Assembly: GCA_963761305.1 (NCBI GenBank)
Contig: CAVXGK010000001.1
Coordinates: forward strand, 896,001-960,000
Reading direction: 5' to 3'
Origin: an uncultured Gemmatimonadaceae bacterium
GTDB taxonomy: Bacteria > Gemmatimonadota > Gemmatimonadetes > Gemmatimonadales > Gemmatimonadaceae
Length of the DNA: 64,000 nucleotides
Positions 50,497 to 59,373 of the stretch are shown here, one piece after another. The translations under genes were made by a program, and so were the position numbers. The stretch's first letter is position 1; each line of letters opens with the position of its first letter. The notes beneath the pieces were generated by a model. It searched no databases, was not told the DNA's origin, and worked only from the letters and a program-made list of their open reading frames with translations.

Positions 50497-52488
50497 TTAC
50501 TTCGACGCCAGATCGCGAACCGACTTCGCGAGCAGCTGAACCTTCGCCGAGTCGGACGAACCGCGCGCGTCGCCGTCGAGCTGACCGGCGAGCTTGTTCA
50601 GCGACTCACGCCGATCGACGCCCGACTTCATCTCGGCCTCGGAGAGCACCGAGCGAACCGCGGCGAGCCGGCCGGCGGAGAGACCGCCGGAGCGCTGCAG
50701 CTGGTCCGTGTAGGCGCGCGACAGCGCGAACGTCGCCGGCCACACGAACTTCGGCTGCCCCTGCGTGTTGAGATAATCCAAATGCACGGACTTGGCCGCG
50801 TCGATCTCGTTCGACGTGAGCAGCGGGCTCGGTGCGAGCTCGAAGACGTCGAGGCCGCGCGCGATCTCGGAGCTCACGATCTCGCCGTTGTACCAGTACA
50901 CGGACCACGAGCCGCCCATCGCCATACGCGTGCCGTCGACCGGACCGCGGTCGAAGTAGCCGATTTCCTTGGCGTGCGCCGGATCCGTCCAGTCGAACAC
51001 CGAGATGCCGCCCTGATACCAGGCCTGCACCATGATGTCGCGGCCCGGCACGGGAATCAGCGAGCCGTTGTGGGCGACGCAGTTTTCCTCCGACGTCTGC
51101 GGCGCGGACATCTTGTAGTAGCCCTGGAAATGCATCTTGTGGTTCGCGTCGATCGTGAAGAGCGCATCGGCGCCCCACTGTTTCGGATCGGACGCGCGGC
51201 ACTTCGGCGCGCCACCGCCGCCCCACTCGTCGCTGAACAGCACTTTCGTGCCGTCGTTGTTGAACGTCGCCGAGTGCCAATATGAGAAGTTGGAATCCGC
51301 GGCCGCGTCGACGCGCACGGGATGCGCCGGGTCGTGGATGTCGAGCAGCAGGCCGTAGCCTTCACACGCGCCACCGGCGTAGCCGACGGCCGGGTACACG
51401 GTGATGTCGTGGCACTGCGTCGGGCCGGCGTTCGGGTTCTCCGACGGCGGGCCGATCATCTTGTCGACGAGGGCCTGAATCGACCCGCGCAGCTCGGCGC
51501 TGTCGGCCGCTGTCGCCGCTCCGCTGTGGCGCTTGGCGAGGCTGTCGATCAGCGGCTTGGTCATGTTTGCCGGCAGCGGGTAGTCGGTACCGAAGACCTT
51601 CACGATGTAGATGCCCTTCGCGCGCGCCGCGGCCATCTCTTCCTTGTCGGCCGCCGACTGACCGTGGGTCGCCGGCTTGGTGAGATCGTTGAAGATGCGC
51701 GGCGAGCTCACGATCGCCGCCTTTTCCGGATGGGCGAGCGGAACCTTGATGACCTCGATGCGGAAGAGCGGCGAGTTCGGGTCCTTGCTCGGCGACATGT
51801 TCGAGCAGCCCGTGAGTTCCTGCGTGGAGCGCGGCGCCGATGAGCCGGAGATGTAGACGTACACGTTGTCGGGATCTTTCGGATCGACGAGTACCGTGTG
51901 CGTATGCGACCCACGGCACGTCTGCACGTTGCCGACGTATTTCGGATTCGCGATGTCAGTGATGTCGAAGATGCGGATGCCGCGAATTCGCTCGTCGCTC
52001 ACCGCCGTTGCCACACCTTGGCCGCCACAGTCGAGCCGAGCGGTCGGCGCCTCCGCCGAGACGAACAGAAGGTTCTTGTAGACCGACACGTCGCTCTGCG
52101 ACGCTGGACAGTAGAACGCCGTCTTGAGCGTCGGATGCGCCGGATTGCTGATGTCCCAGATCTGGTAGCCGTTGTAGCTGCCCTGGATCGCGTACGGTCC
52201 GCTGAACGTCAGGTCGGAGTTCGTCTGGCCGAGGAATTTCTCGGAGGGCCTCGTCGTGGAAACGAGCTTGACGTTCCACTCGGCCTGGCCCGCGTCCCAC
52301 AGACCGGGCTTGAGACCGACGCGCGGATCGGGGCTCGGCGCCGCCATCGTGAGCGAGCCGGCCTGCATCGCGCCGCCGCCGGCGGTCGATGTCGCCGGGT
52401 GCGTGCACGCCGCGGCGACAATGGCGATCGCGGCGAGCGCCGACGCGCGTCGCGCGCCTACGCGGGTAAGAGCAAATCTGAGAGCCAT
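50497..52488 (-). CDS. LVIVD-repeat beta-propeller lipoprotein
   Basis: Lipobox VAAAC, repeats WDISNPAHP / FDITDIANP / FDWTDPAHA, His-rich motifs (GSHTHT, CHD, YWHSA, CVAHNG) and DEWGGG. Confidence 0.85.
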   Translation of the reverse strand: MALRFALTRVGARRASALAAIAIVAAACTHPATSTAGGGAMQAGSLTMAAPSPDPRVGLKPGLWDAGQAEWNVKLVSTTRPSEKFLGQTNSDLTFSGPYAIQGSYNGYQIWDISNPAHPTLKTAFYCPASQSDVSVYKNLLFVSAEAPTARLDCGGQGVATAVSDERIRGIRIFDITDIANPKYVGNVQTCRGSHTHTVLVDPKDPDNVYVYISGSSAPRSTQELTGCSNMSPSKDPNSPLFRIEVIKVPLAHPEKAAIVSSPRIFNDLTKPATHGQSAADKEEMAAARAKGIYIVKVFGTDYPLPANMTKPLIDSLAKRHSGAATAADSAELRGSIQALVDKMIGPPSENPNAGPTQCHDITVYPAVGYAGGACEGYGLLLDIHDPAHPVRVDAAADSNFSYWHSATFNNDGTKVLFSDEWGGGGAPKCRASDPKQWGADALFTIDANHKMHFQGYYKMSAPQTSEENCVAHNGSLIPVPGRDIMVQAWYQGGISVFDWTDPAHAKEIGYFDRGPVDGTRMAMGGSWSVYWYNGEIVSSEIARGLDVFELAPSPLLTSNEIDAAKSVHLDYLNTQGQPKFVWPATFALSRAYTDQLQRSGGLSAGRLAAVRSVLSEAEMKSGVDRRESLNKLAGQLDGDARGSSDSAKVQLLAKSVRDLASK

Positions 52489-52557
52489 GCGCAACTCCTG
52501 TGACGTGCGGATTGTTGGGTGGGGCGGGGGTGGGGAACTCGAATCAACTGCGTTGGT

Positions 52558-53241
52558 TCACGGCGGGATGATGCCGAGCGTCATCAGCGCGAGCATTTTC
52601 TGCATGCGCGCGATCTCGGTCACCTGATCGACGTGGATGTCGTTCGTGAGCTTGAAGACCAGCTCGTCCTGCGCGGCGCCGTTTTGCGAGAGGAGATCCT
52701 CCACCATCGACACGGCGCCCTGGTGGTGCTGGATCATGCCCTTGAGAAAGAGCATGTCGAAGTCGGGGCCGCGCGCGGCGTCGAGCTCCTTGAGCTGCTC
52801 ATCCGACAGCATGCCCGGCATGAGCATTTCGTGCTCCATCCCGTTCATCATCATCTTCATCGGGACGGGCTTGGCCTCGGGCACCGGCTGCCCGCGGTCA
52901 CGCAGCCAGGTTTGCATGATGTTGATCTCGTCCTTCTGCGCGTTGATGATGCGGCTGCACAGCGTCTGCACTTGCGGACCGGCGCCGTGCGACTGCGCCC
53001 AACCGGCCATGAGAATCGCCTGCGAATGGTGCGCGATCATGCCGCGCATGAAGTCGATGTCGGCCCGCGTGTACGGCCGGTTCACACTGTCGGCCTTCGC
53101 CTTGGCCATCGCCGCGACATCGCTCGGTGTCGGCTGGCCTTGCATCGTGGCGACTTGCGCGGCAGCGAGCGGCGCCTGAAGACCGATCGCCGCGAGGCCG
53201 GCGATCAGCGAGACGCGCCGGCGAATGTTGAATGTTGTCAT
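52558..53241 (-). CDS. DUF305 (ferritin-like) exported protein
   Basis: ADIDFMRGMIAHHSQAILMA and FLKGMIQHHQGAVSM repeats; Met-rich linker. Confidence 0.92.
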   Translation of the reverse strand: MTTFNIRRRVSLIAGLAAIGLQAPLAAAQVATMQGQPTPSDVAAMAKAKADSVNRPYTRADIDFMRGMIAHHSQAILMAGWAQSHGAGPQVQTLCSRIINAQKDEINIMQTWLRDRGQPVPEAKPVPMKMMMNGMEHEMLMPGMLSDEQLKELDAARGPDFDMLFLKGMIQHHQGAVSMVEDLLSQNGAAQDELVFKLTNDIHVDQVTEIARMQKMLALMTLGIIPP

Positions 53242-53320
53242 CTGTCAGTTCTCCCTGCGACGGACTCCGATATATAGTAGCCGTGCGGGACTCGCGCGCG
53301 AGAGCGGCGATTGGATTCTG

Positions 53321-53372
53321 AATACAAAGAAGTGCGAGGGACGCGGCGCTCCTGCGCCGCGTCCCCCGCACT
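53321..53372 (-). terminator. Intrinsic terminator
   Basis: 19-bp stem AGTGCGAGGGACGCGGCGC / GCGCCGCGTCCCCCGCACT (one mismatch), followed on the minus strand by TCTTTGTATT. Confidence 0.75.
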
Positions 53373-53405
53373 CAAATTTTCCTTACAACGACGCCGATTC
53401 GGTGA

Positions 53406-53921
53406 CTACCAGCCCGACTTTTTCGTAATGTCGACGTTGTTGCCGATCACACCGCCGAGAACGCCGCCGACCATCGCGCCGATGAGTCCGCCCTTGACCT
53501 TGTCGCGGCTCGTCGTTGCGCCGAGTACGGCACCTGCCGCCGCGCCGATCGCGGCGTCACGCTGCGTGTGCTTCTCGACGACCACCGGCGGCGCGGCCGG
53601 CGCCGAGCTCGCGGAGCCCGAGGGATAGTATCCCGAGTTGCTCGAGCTCGAGCGGCGCGCGGTGGTACGGCGCGCTGACGAGTAGACCGGCTGTCGCGCG
53701 ACCGTCTGGACCGCGCGCGGCGCGTACTGCGGCGCATTTCGCGGCGCGTTCTGGGGCGCGTAACCCGATTCGTTCGGGTTGAAGTTGGGGTTGAGGCCTT
53801 GGGCCTGCGATGCGAGGGCGAGATCGTTCTTCAGCGCGTCGTCCGCGGAGTTGCCACCGCGGCCGCACGCCGCCGCGAGCACCAGGGTCGTCGCAGACAG
53901 CATCCACGTGGCAGTGCGCAT
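53406..53921 (-). CDS. Glycine-zipper (YMGG-like) lipoprotein
   Basis: Lipobox LAAAC, low-complexity linker and C-terminal RDAAIGAAAGAVLG...GGLIGAMVGGVLGGVIG. Confidence 0.85.
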   Translation of the reverse strand: MRTATWMLSATTLVLAAACGRGGNSADDALKNDLALASQAQGLNPNFNPNESGYAPQNAPRNAPQYAPRAVQTVARQPVYSSARRTTARRSSSSNSGYYPSGSASSAPAAPPVVVEKHTQRDAAIGAAAGAVLGATTSRDKVKGGLIGAMVGGVLGGVIGNNVDITKKSGW

Positions 53922-53985
53922 CACCATTCTCCCCCCGAAAATGAAGCCGCGTCGGAACCGCTCGTACCATCCGCCATAGGTATTT

Positions 53986-54002
53986 GGCACATGCCGTTCC
54001 GC
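53986..54002 (-). promoter_or_regulatory. Candidate sigma54 (-24/-12) promoter
   Basis: Minus strand GCGGAACGGCATGTGCC has GG-N10-GC upstream of the glycine-zipper gene. Confidence 0.45.
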
Positions 54003-54268
54003 TGTCTAATGTGCCGAATTGCCAGTTGGCCCCTCGATCGACCCCTCCGAGCGTCCCGATTGGAGACACCGCTGTCCACTATAGGGATCGCTTGGCGCGA
54101 TGGATCACCCGTCGCGGCCACCGTCCTCAGCCGCGTCTCTCCTCGGTTGGCGATTCTCTCCCCGGCTCGTCTTTCTGGCGTTCCTCATTGTTCGTTGGCT
54201 TCGTTTCTTGTTAGCTTCGCTGTTCGTGGGTTTGGTGTTGGTCACCTTTCGCACTCCGGAGTCTCATC

Positions 54269-54868
54269 ATGAGTGTCGTTTCGAGGCTCACCGCGCCGCT
54301 CGTTTCTGCGTTGGCGCTCGCCGCGGTCTCCGCGTCGGCTCAGCAGCCCGCGGCGCCGCAGCCCGGCGGTGCGGCGTCGGCCCCCACGGTCGGCCAGACC
54401 GCTCCGGAGTTCACGCTTCCCGGCGCGACGCGGTTCGGGGTGTTGAAGGAGCCCGTACGCCTCGCGGATTACCACGGCCAGATCGTCGTCCTGGCCTTCT
54501 TCCCGAAAGCACGGACAAAAGGCTGAACGATCCAAATGGAGGCGTACCGTGATCAGTACGCCACGCTCTTCAACGCCGGCAAAAAAGTCGTCGTGATCGG
54601 CATCAGCACCGACGCCGATACCACCCAAGCGAATTGGGCGCACGACTCCGGTTTCCCGAATCTGTTCGCGAGCGATCCCGATCAGACGGTGGCCAAGCTC
54701 TATGGTTCAGCCGACACCAAGTTCGACACGCGGAACGTGTTCGTCGTCGGGCCGGACGGCAAAATCGTCGCGCGCATGATGAAGTTCAACGTGCTCGCCG
54801 GAGACGCATACACCGAACTGGGAGCCGACGTCGCGGCAGCGCTGAAGACGTTGGGGCCATCGCACTAG
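54269..54868 (+). CDS. Exported peroxiredoxin (BCP/AhpC-TSA family), selenoprotein with Sec at codon 86
   Basis: The two ORF-track fragments are in one frame. They read FFPKARTKG-TGA(54524-26)-TIQM, matching PxxxTxxC; also VGQTAPEFTL, IGISTD and RNVFVVGPDGKI. Confidence 0.85.
54539..54569 (+). promoter_or_regulatory. Putative bacterial SECIS hairpin
   Basis: Perfect 7-bp stem GGCGTAC(54541-47) / GTACGCC(54556-62) with loop CGTGATCA; the stem starts 14 nt after the UGA. Confidence 0.65.
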
Positions 54869-54869
54869 C

Positions 54870-56210
54870 GTGACCGCACTCGACGCGCCGGCCGCCGCTG
54901 GCCGCGCACTCGCATTAGAGTTGTATGATGCAGCCGTCGCGGCAGCCGCCCCCGGTCCGGCGACGGCGCGCGCGGTCGACGCGCTGGCGATCGACCGCGC
55001 CGCGCGCCTCTGGATCTTCGCGTTCGGCAAAGCGGCTCAGCCGATGGCCGCCGCCGCGGTCACCTCGACGCTGCGCTCGCTCCATTCGATCGTCGGCGGA
55101 CTGATCGTCGCGGCGGACGACGGGCCGTCTCCCTATCCGACGATCCTCTCGATGCGCGGCGATCACCCGCTGCCAGGACGCCACTCGTTCGACGCCGCGG
55201 CCAGGATCGCCGACGTCGCGTCCGGCCGCCGCGGATCGGACGTGGCGATCGTGCTGCTGTCCGGCGGCGCGTCGAGCTTGATCGGCGCGCCGGTCCGCGC
55301 CATCACCGAATCGGATTTCGTCGTTCTGCAGGAGCTGTTGCTCGGCTCCGGCCTCGACATCACGGCGACGAACATGGTGCGCAAGCGGTTCGCGCGCTGG
55401 GGCGCCGGCCGCCTCGCACTCGCGCTGGCGCCGGCCACGACGCACTGCCTTGCCATTTCCGACGTCCCCAACGACGACATGAGCGTCATCGGCAGCGGCC
55501 CGTGCATGCCGGATGGATCGACCGTCGCCGACGTGAACAAGCTGCTTCAACGCAGCAATCTCCTCACGCGATTGCCCGCGCCCTGTCGGGACTATCTCGC
55601 CGGCGTGTCTCGCGGTACGGTTCCCGAGACGCCCGCGAAGTCGCACCCCGCCTTCGCGCACATTTCGGGACGCGTCATCGGCAACAACCGTCTCGCGCTC
55701 GAAGGCGTTGCGTCGACGGCGGCCGATCACCGGCTGGCGGCGACGATCGCGCCGGAGCGACTCGACGGCGAAGCGGCGCGCGCCGGTGAAACGATCGCGC
55801 GCACGCTGCTCGCCGCCGTCGCGCAGGGCGCGACCAACGCGTGTTTCGCCTGGGGTGGCGAGACGACCGTCACGCTCAGCGCGTCCAACGGCGGCGGCAC
55901 CGCCGGCGGTGGACGATGTCAGGAGCTCGCGTTGGCCGCGGCCCGCGTGCTTCACCAAAGCGGCGCCGATGCCAACGGCATCGCGCTGCTCGCCGCCGGC
56001 ACCGACGGACGCGACGGCGCCACCGACGCGGCCGGCGCGATCGTCGACCAGACCACCTGGAGCGCGGCGGCGGACGGCGGCCGCGATCCGGCCGGTGCGC
56101 TCTCCACGCACGAGTCGTACAAGGCGCTGCGCGCGGCCAACGCCCTCATCCCGCGGCGCGACACCGGCACCAATGTCAACGACGTCGTCATCGGCGTGAT
56201 CCTGCGCTGA
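54870..56210 (+). CDS. Glycerate 2-kinase (DUF4147/MOFRL family)
   Basis: FGKAA, GDHPLP, LLSGGASSL, ISDVP, IGSGP, GGETTV, GGRCQE, GTDGRDG and TGTNVND. Confidence 0.92.
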   Translation: MTALDAPAAAGRALALELYDAAVAAAAPGPATARAVDALAIDRAARLWIFAFGKAAQPMAAAAVTSTLRSLHSIVGGLIVAADDGPSPYPTILSMRGDHPLPGRHSFDAAARIADVASGRRGSDVAIVLLSGGASSLIGAPVRAITESDFVVLQELLLGSGLDITATNMVRKRFARWGAGRLALALAPATTHCLAISDVPNDDMSVIGSGPCMPDGSTVADVNKLLQRSNLLTRLPAPCRDYLAGVSRGTVPETPAKSHPAFAHISGRVIGNNRLALEGVASTAADHRLAATIAPERLDGEAARAGETIARTLLAAVAQGATNACFAWGGETTVTLSASNGGGTAGGGRCQELALAAARVLHQSGADANGIALLAAGTDGRDGATDAAGAIVDQTTWSAAADGGRDPAGALSTHESYKALRAANALIPRRDTGTNVNDVVIGVILR

Positions 56211-56224
56211 CTAGTTTTCGGCGC

Positions 56225-57145
56225 ATGACCGCGCCCTTCACAGTGGGGATCATTCAGGACGACGCCACCGCCGACGCGACGAGGAACGTCGCGGCGACGA
56301 TCGAGCGCATTCGCGGCGCCGCGGCGCGCGGCGCCCAGATCGTCTGCCTGAAGGAGCTCTTCAACGCGCCGTATTTCTGCAAGGCGGAGAGCGCCGAGCG
56401 CTTTGACCTCGCCGAACCGATCCCGGGCCCGACGACGGAGCGCATGCAGGCGCTCGCCAAGGAGCTCGCGATCGTCCTGATCGTTCCGCTGTTCGAGAAG
56501 CAGGCGCGCGGCGTCTACCGCAACTCGGCGGCGGTCATCGACGCCGACGGGTCGCTGCTCGGCGTGTATCGCAAGATGCACATCCCCGACGATCCGCTCT
56601 TTTACGAGAAGTACTATTTCACGCCGGGCGACGCGGCCGCCGACGCCGCGATGCGCGTGTCCGCGCAAGCGAACGGATTCCGCGTGTGGAAGACCCGGTA
56701 CGCGACGATCGGCGTGTTGATCTGCTGGGACCAGTGGTTTCCCGAGGCGGCGCGGATCACGTCGCTCCTCGGCGCCGACATCCTGCTCTATCCGACGGCG
56801 ATCGGCTGGCATCCATCGGAGAAGGCCGAATTCGGAAACGCGCAGGTGGACGCGTGGCGCACCGCGCAGCGCGCGCACGCCATCGCCAACGGCGTGTTCG
56901 TCGCGGCGCCGAATCGCGTGGGACACGAGGACGAGCCCGGGACCAAAGGACTCGAGTTCTTCGGCCACTCGTTCGTCGCCGATCCGTTCGGCCGTCTCAT
57001 CGCCGAGGCGGGCACGGAGCCGGAGACGCTCGTCGCGACGTGCGATCCGCGGCTGATCGAGGAGACGCGTCGCAACTGGCCGTTCCTCCGCGACCGGCGC
57101 ATCGACGCGTACGCACCGATTCTCAGCCGCTACATCGGCAGCTGA
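56225..57145 (+). CDS. aguB: Carbon-nitrogen hydrolase, N-carbamoylputrescine amidase-like
   Basis: ELF, YRKMHIPDDP.FYEKYYF and ICWDQWFPE (E-K-C triad); adjacent to agmatine deiminase. Confidence 0.85.
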   Translation: MTAPFTVGIIQDDATADATRNVAATIERIRGAAARGAQIVCLKELFNAPYFCKAESAERFDLAEPIPGPTTERMQALAKELAIVLIVPLFEKQARGVYRNSAAVIDADGSLLGVYRKMHIPDDPLFYEKYYFTPGDAAADAAMRVSAQANGFRVWKTRYATIGVLICWDQWFPEAARITSLLGADILLYPTAIGWHPSEKAEFGNAQVDAWRTAQRAHAIANGVFVAAPNRVGHEDEPGTKGLEFFGHSFVADPFGRLIAEAGTEPETLVATCDPRLIEETRRNWPFLRDRRIDAYAPILSRYIGS

Positions 57146-57170
57146 GCCGTCACGGATCGCCAATTCTCGA

Positions 57171-58211
57171 ATGACGGTTCGGTTTCCGGGCGAATTCGGG
57201 CCGCACGCGGCGACATGGATCGCGTGGCCGCACCACGAGCCCGACTGGCCCGGCAAGATCGAGCCCATCGCGTGGGTCTACGCCGAGATCGTGCGCGCGC
57301 TCGCCAAACACGAGCCCGTGGAGATCCTTTGCCAGAGCGAGGACGTGCGCGAATCAGCGCGCCAAGCGATCGAAGCGCACGGCACGCGCGACAATTATCG
57401 CTTGCACGTCCTGCCGACCGACCGGGTGTGGCTCCGTGATTCTGGCCCGACGGGCGTCGTGGATGAGGCCGGGCGCGTCCGCCTGGTGAACTGGGCGTTC
57501 AATGCCTGGGCGAAGTACGACAATTATGAGTTGGATTCGCGAGTTGGCGAGGCAGTCGCCCGCATCACCGGACTTCCACGCGATGAGCCGAAACGCCCCG
57601 ACACCGGCGGCCGCGTCGTGCTCGAAGGCGGCGGGATCGACACCGATGGCGAGGGCACACTCCTCGTCACCGAGGAATGGCTGCTCTCGGACCTACAGGT
57701 GCGAAACCCCGGACTCACGCGCGAAGGCTACGAGCGGGTCTTTCGCGACGCGCTCGGCATTCGCCAGACGATCTGGCTCGGCGAAGGCTGCGTCGGCGAC
57801 GACACGCACGGCCACGTCGACGACGTCGCCCGGTTCACCGCGCCGGGCGTGATCGCACTCGCCTACGAGCCCGATCCCGCCGACGCCGAGAATCACCGCC
57901 GGTCGGCCGACAATCTCGATCGCCTTCGCCTGGCGGGATTCGATGGCGGGCGACTACGAGTCGTGACGCTTCCCTATCCCCGGCCAATCACGATGAACGG
58001 CGAGCGATTGCCGGCGAGTTACGCGAATTTCTACGTCGCCAACGGCGTCGTGATCGCTCCCACGTTCAACGACCCCAACGACCGCGTCGCGCTGAACACG
58101 CTGGCCGAGCTTTTTCCCGGCCGCGAGGTCGTCGGGATCCACGCCGTGGATCTCGTCTGGGGACTCGGCACGCTTCACTGCTTGACCCAGCAACAGCCGC
58201 GGGGGCGGTAA
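57171..58211 (+). CDS. aguA: Agmatine deiminase
   Basis: WLRDSGP, EGGGI, DDTHGHVDD, ASYANFY and GTLHCLTQQ. Confidence 0.92.
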   Translation: MTVRFPGEFGPHAATWIAWPHHEPDWPGKIEPIAWVYAEIVRALAKHEPVEILCQSEDVRESARQAIEAHGTRDNYRLHVLPTDRVWLRDSGPTGVVDEAGRVRLVNWAFNAWAKYDNYELDSRVGEAVARITGLPRDEPKRPDTGGRVVLEGGGIDTDGEGTLLVTEEWLLSDLQVRNPGLTREGYERVFRDALGIRQTIWLGEGCVGDDTHGHVDDVARFTAPGVIALAYEPDPADAENHRRSADNLDRLRLAGFDGGRLRVVTLPYPRPITMNGERLPASYANFYVANGVVIAPTFNDPNDRVALNTLAELFPGREVVGIHAVDLVWGLGTLHCLTQQQPRGR

Positions 58212-58218
58212 GAGTCCC

Positions 58219-59304
58219 CTACTTCGTCTCCGCGTCCCGCATCTTGTACGCCTTGAGCTTTCTCGCAAGCGTCGGGCGGGAGATGCAGAGGATGCGCGCG
58301 GCCGCGCTCTGATTGTTCTGCGTCAGGCGAAGCGTGAGCTCCAGCGCCTCGCGCTCGATGTCGCGCAGACGCTTGCCTTCGCCCGGAATGCGGATGTCGC
58401 CGAAGCTGACGGTGCCGTGGAGCGCGCTGGCGCCCGCACGCTGCTGGTTGATCATCAGGTGCTCGGCACCGATGACCGGGCCGTTGGCGGCGTTCGCCGC
58501 CTTGTCGATCACGTACTTCAATTCGCGCACGTTGCCGGGCCAGCGATGCGAGCGCAGCACGGCGAGCGCGTCGAGCCCGATCTGGCGGCGAGACTCGCCG
58601 CGAGCGCGTTGATTCGTCGACAGGAAGTGATCCGCGATCAGCCGCACGTCGTCGTCGCGCTCACGGAGCGGGGGCAGCTCGATGCGAAGCACGGCGAGAC
58701 GTGCGGCAAGATCGTCGCGGAACGTACCCGCGGAAACCGCTTCTTCGAGCCGCGTTCTGGTCGCCGCGATGACGCGGCAGTGAACCGGCGTGTCGTTGGG
58801 TGAACCAGTGCCGAGTCGGGGAACGCCGTACTCCTCGAGCGAGCGAGTGAGGCGGTCCTGCAGCGCGAGCGGCAGCTCGGCGACGTCGTCGAGATACACC
58901 GTGCCGCGTCCGGCCAGCTCCAGCGCGCCGGCGCGTCGCGACGCATCGCGGTGGGCCGGGTCGGAGCCGAACAGCTCGATCTCGAGCATCGATGCCGGCA
59001 GCGCCGAACAATTGATGGCGATGAACGGTTCGTTGGCGCCCGCGCCCGCGCTGTGAATGCAGCGCGCGAGCAGGTCCTTGCCGGTTCCCGCTTCGCCGTA
59101 GAGCAGCAATGCGCGCACCGGAGTGCCGGCGACGCGATGGGCCGTTTGAATGGTCTGACGCATGACGGCACTGCCCGCGATCACGGATCCGAATTCGAAT
59201 CCGGCGTCGCGGGTGCCGATTGGCCGCCGAGGTGAGGGCGCTGTCACAGGGTCCATCCGAAGAAGTGGCTTTGGTCGTTCACGCGAGGAAGTCTCCGAGT
59301 CCAT
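58219..59304 (-). CDS. NtrC/Fis-type AAA+ regulator lacking the GAFTGA loop and any sensor domain
   Basis: GEAGTGKD, FIAINCSAL, ELFGS-DPAHRDA (no GAFTGA), YLDDV, WPGNVREL and a C-terminal Fis HTH. Confidence 0.85.
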   Translation of the reverse strand: MDSETSSRERPKPLLRMDPVTAPSPRRPIGTRDAGFEFGSVIAGSAVMRQTIQTAHRVAGTPVRALLLYGEAGTGKDLLARCIHSAGAGANEPFIAINCSALPASMLEIELFGSDPAHRDASRRAGALELAGRGTVYLDDVAELPLALQDRLTRSLEEYGVPRLGTGSPNDTPVHCRVIAATRTRLEEAVSAGTFRDDLAARLAVLRIELPPLRERDDDVRLIADHFLSTNQRARGESRRQIGLDALAVLRSHRWPGNVRELKYVIDKAANAANGPVIGAEHLMINQQRAGASALHGTVSFGDIRIPGEGKRLRDIEREALELTLRLTQNNQSAAARILCISRPTLARKLKAYKMRDAETK

Positions 59305-59373
59305 TTACCAGCGCTATCTCCCCGAGTATCGGCCTGCCCCCGCGAAATCCGTAGTCCGTGACATTCGCGCCGA

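Noticed and set aside
54100..54552. 150-aa ORF with a hydrophobic stretch
   Set aside because: The hydrophobicity comes from the T-rich repeat tract, and the rest overlaps the peroxiredoxin out of frame.
54269..54868. Peroxiredoxin as a nonsense pseudogene or two genes
   Set aside because: The stop is TGA at exactly the catalytic Cys column with a downstream hairpin, so Sec recoding fits better.
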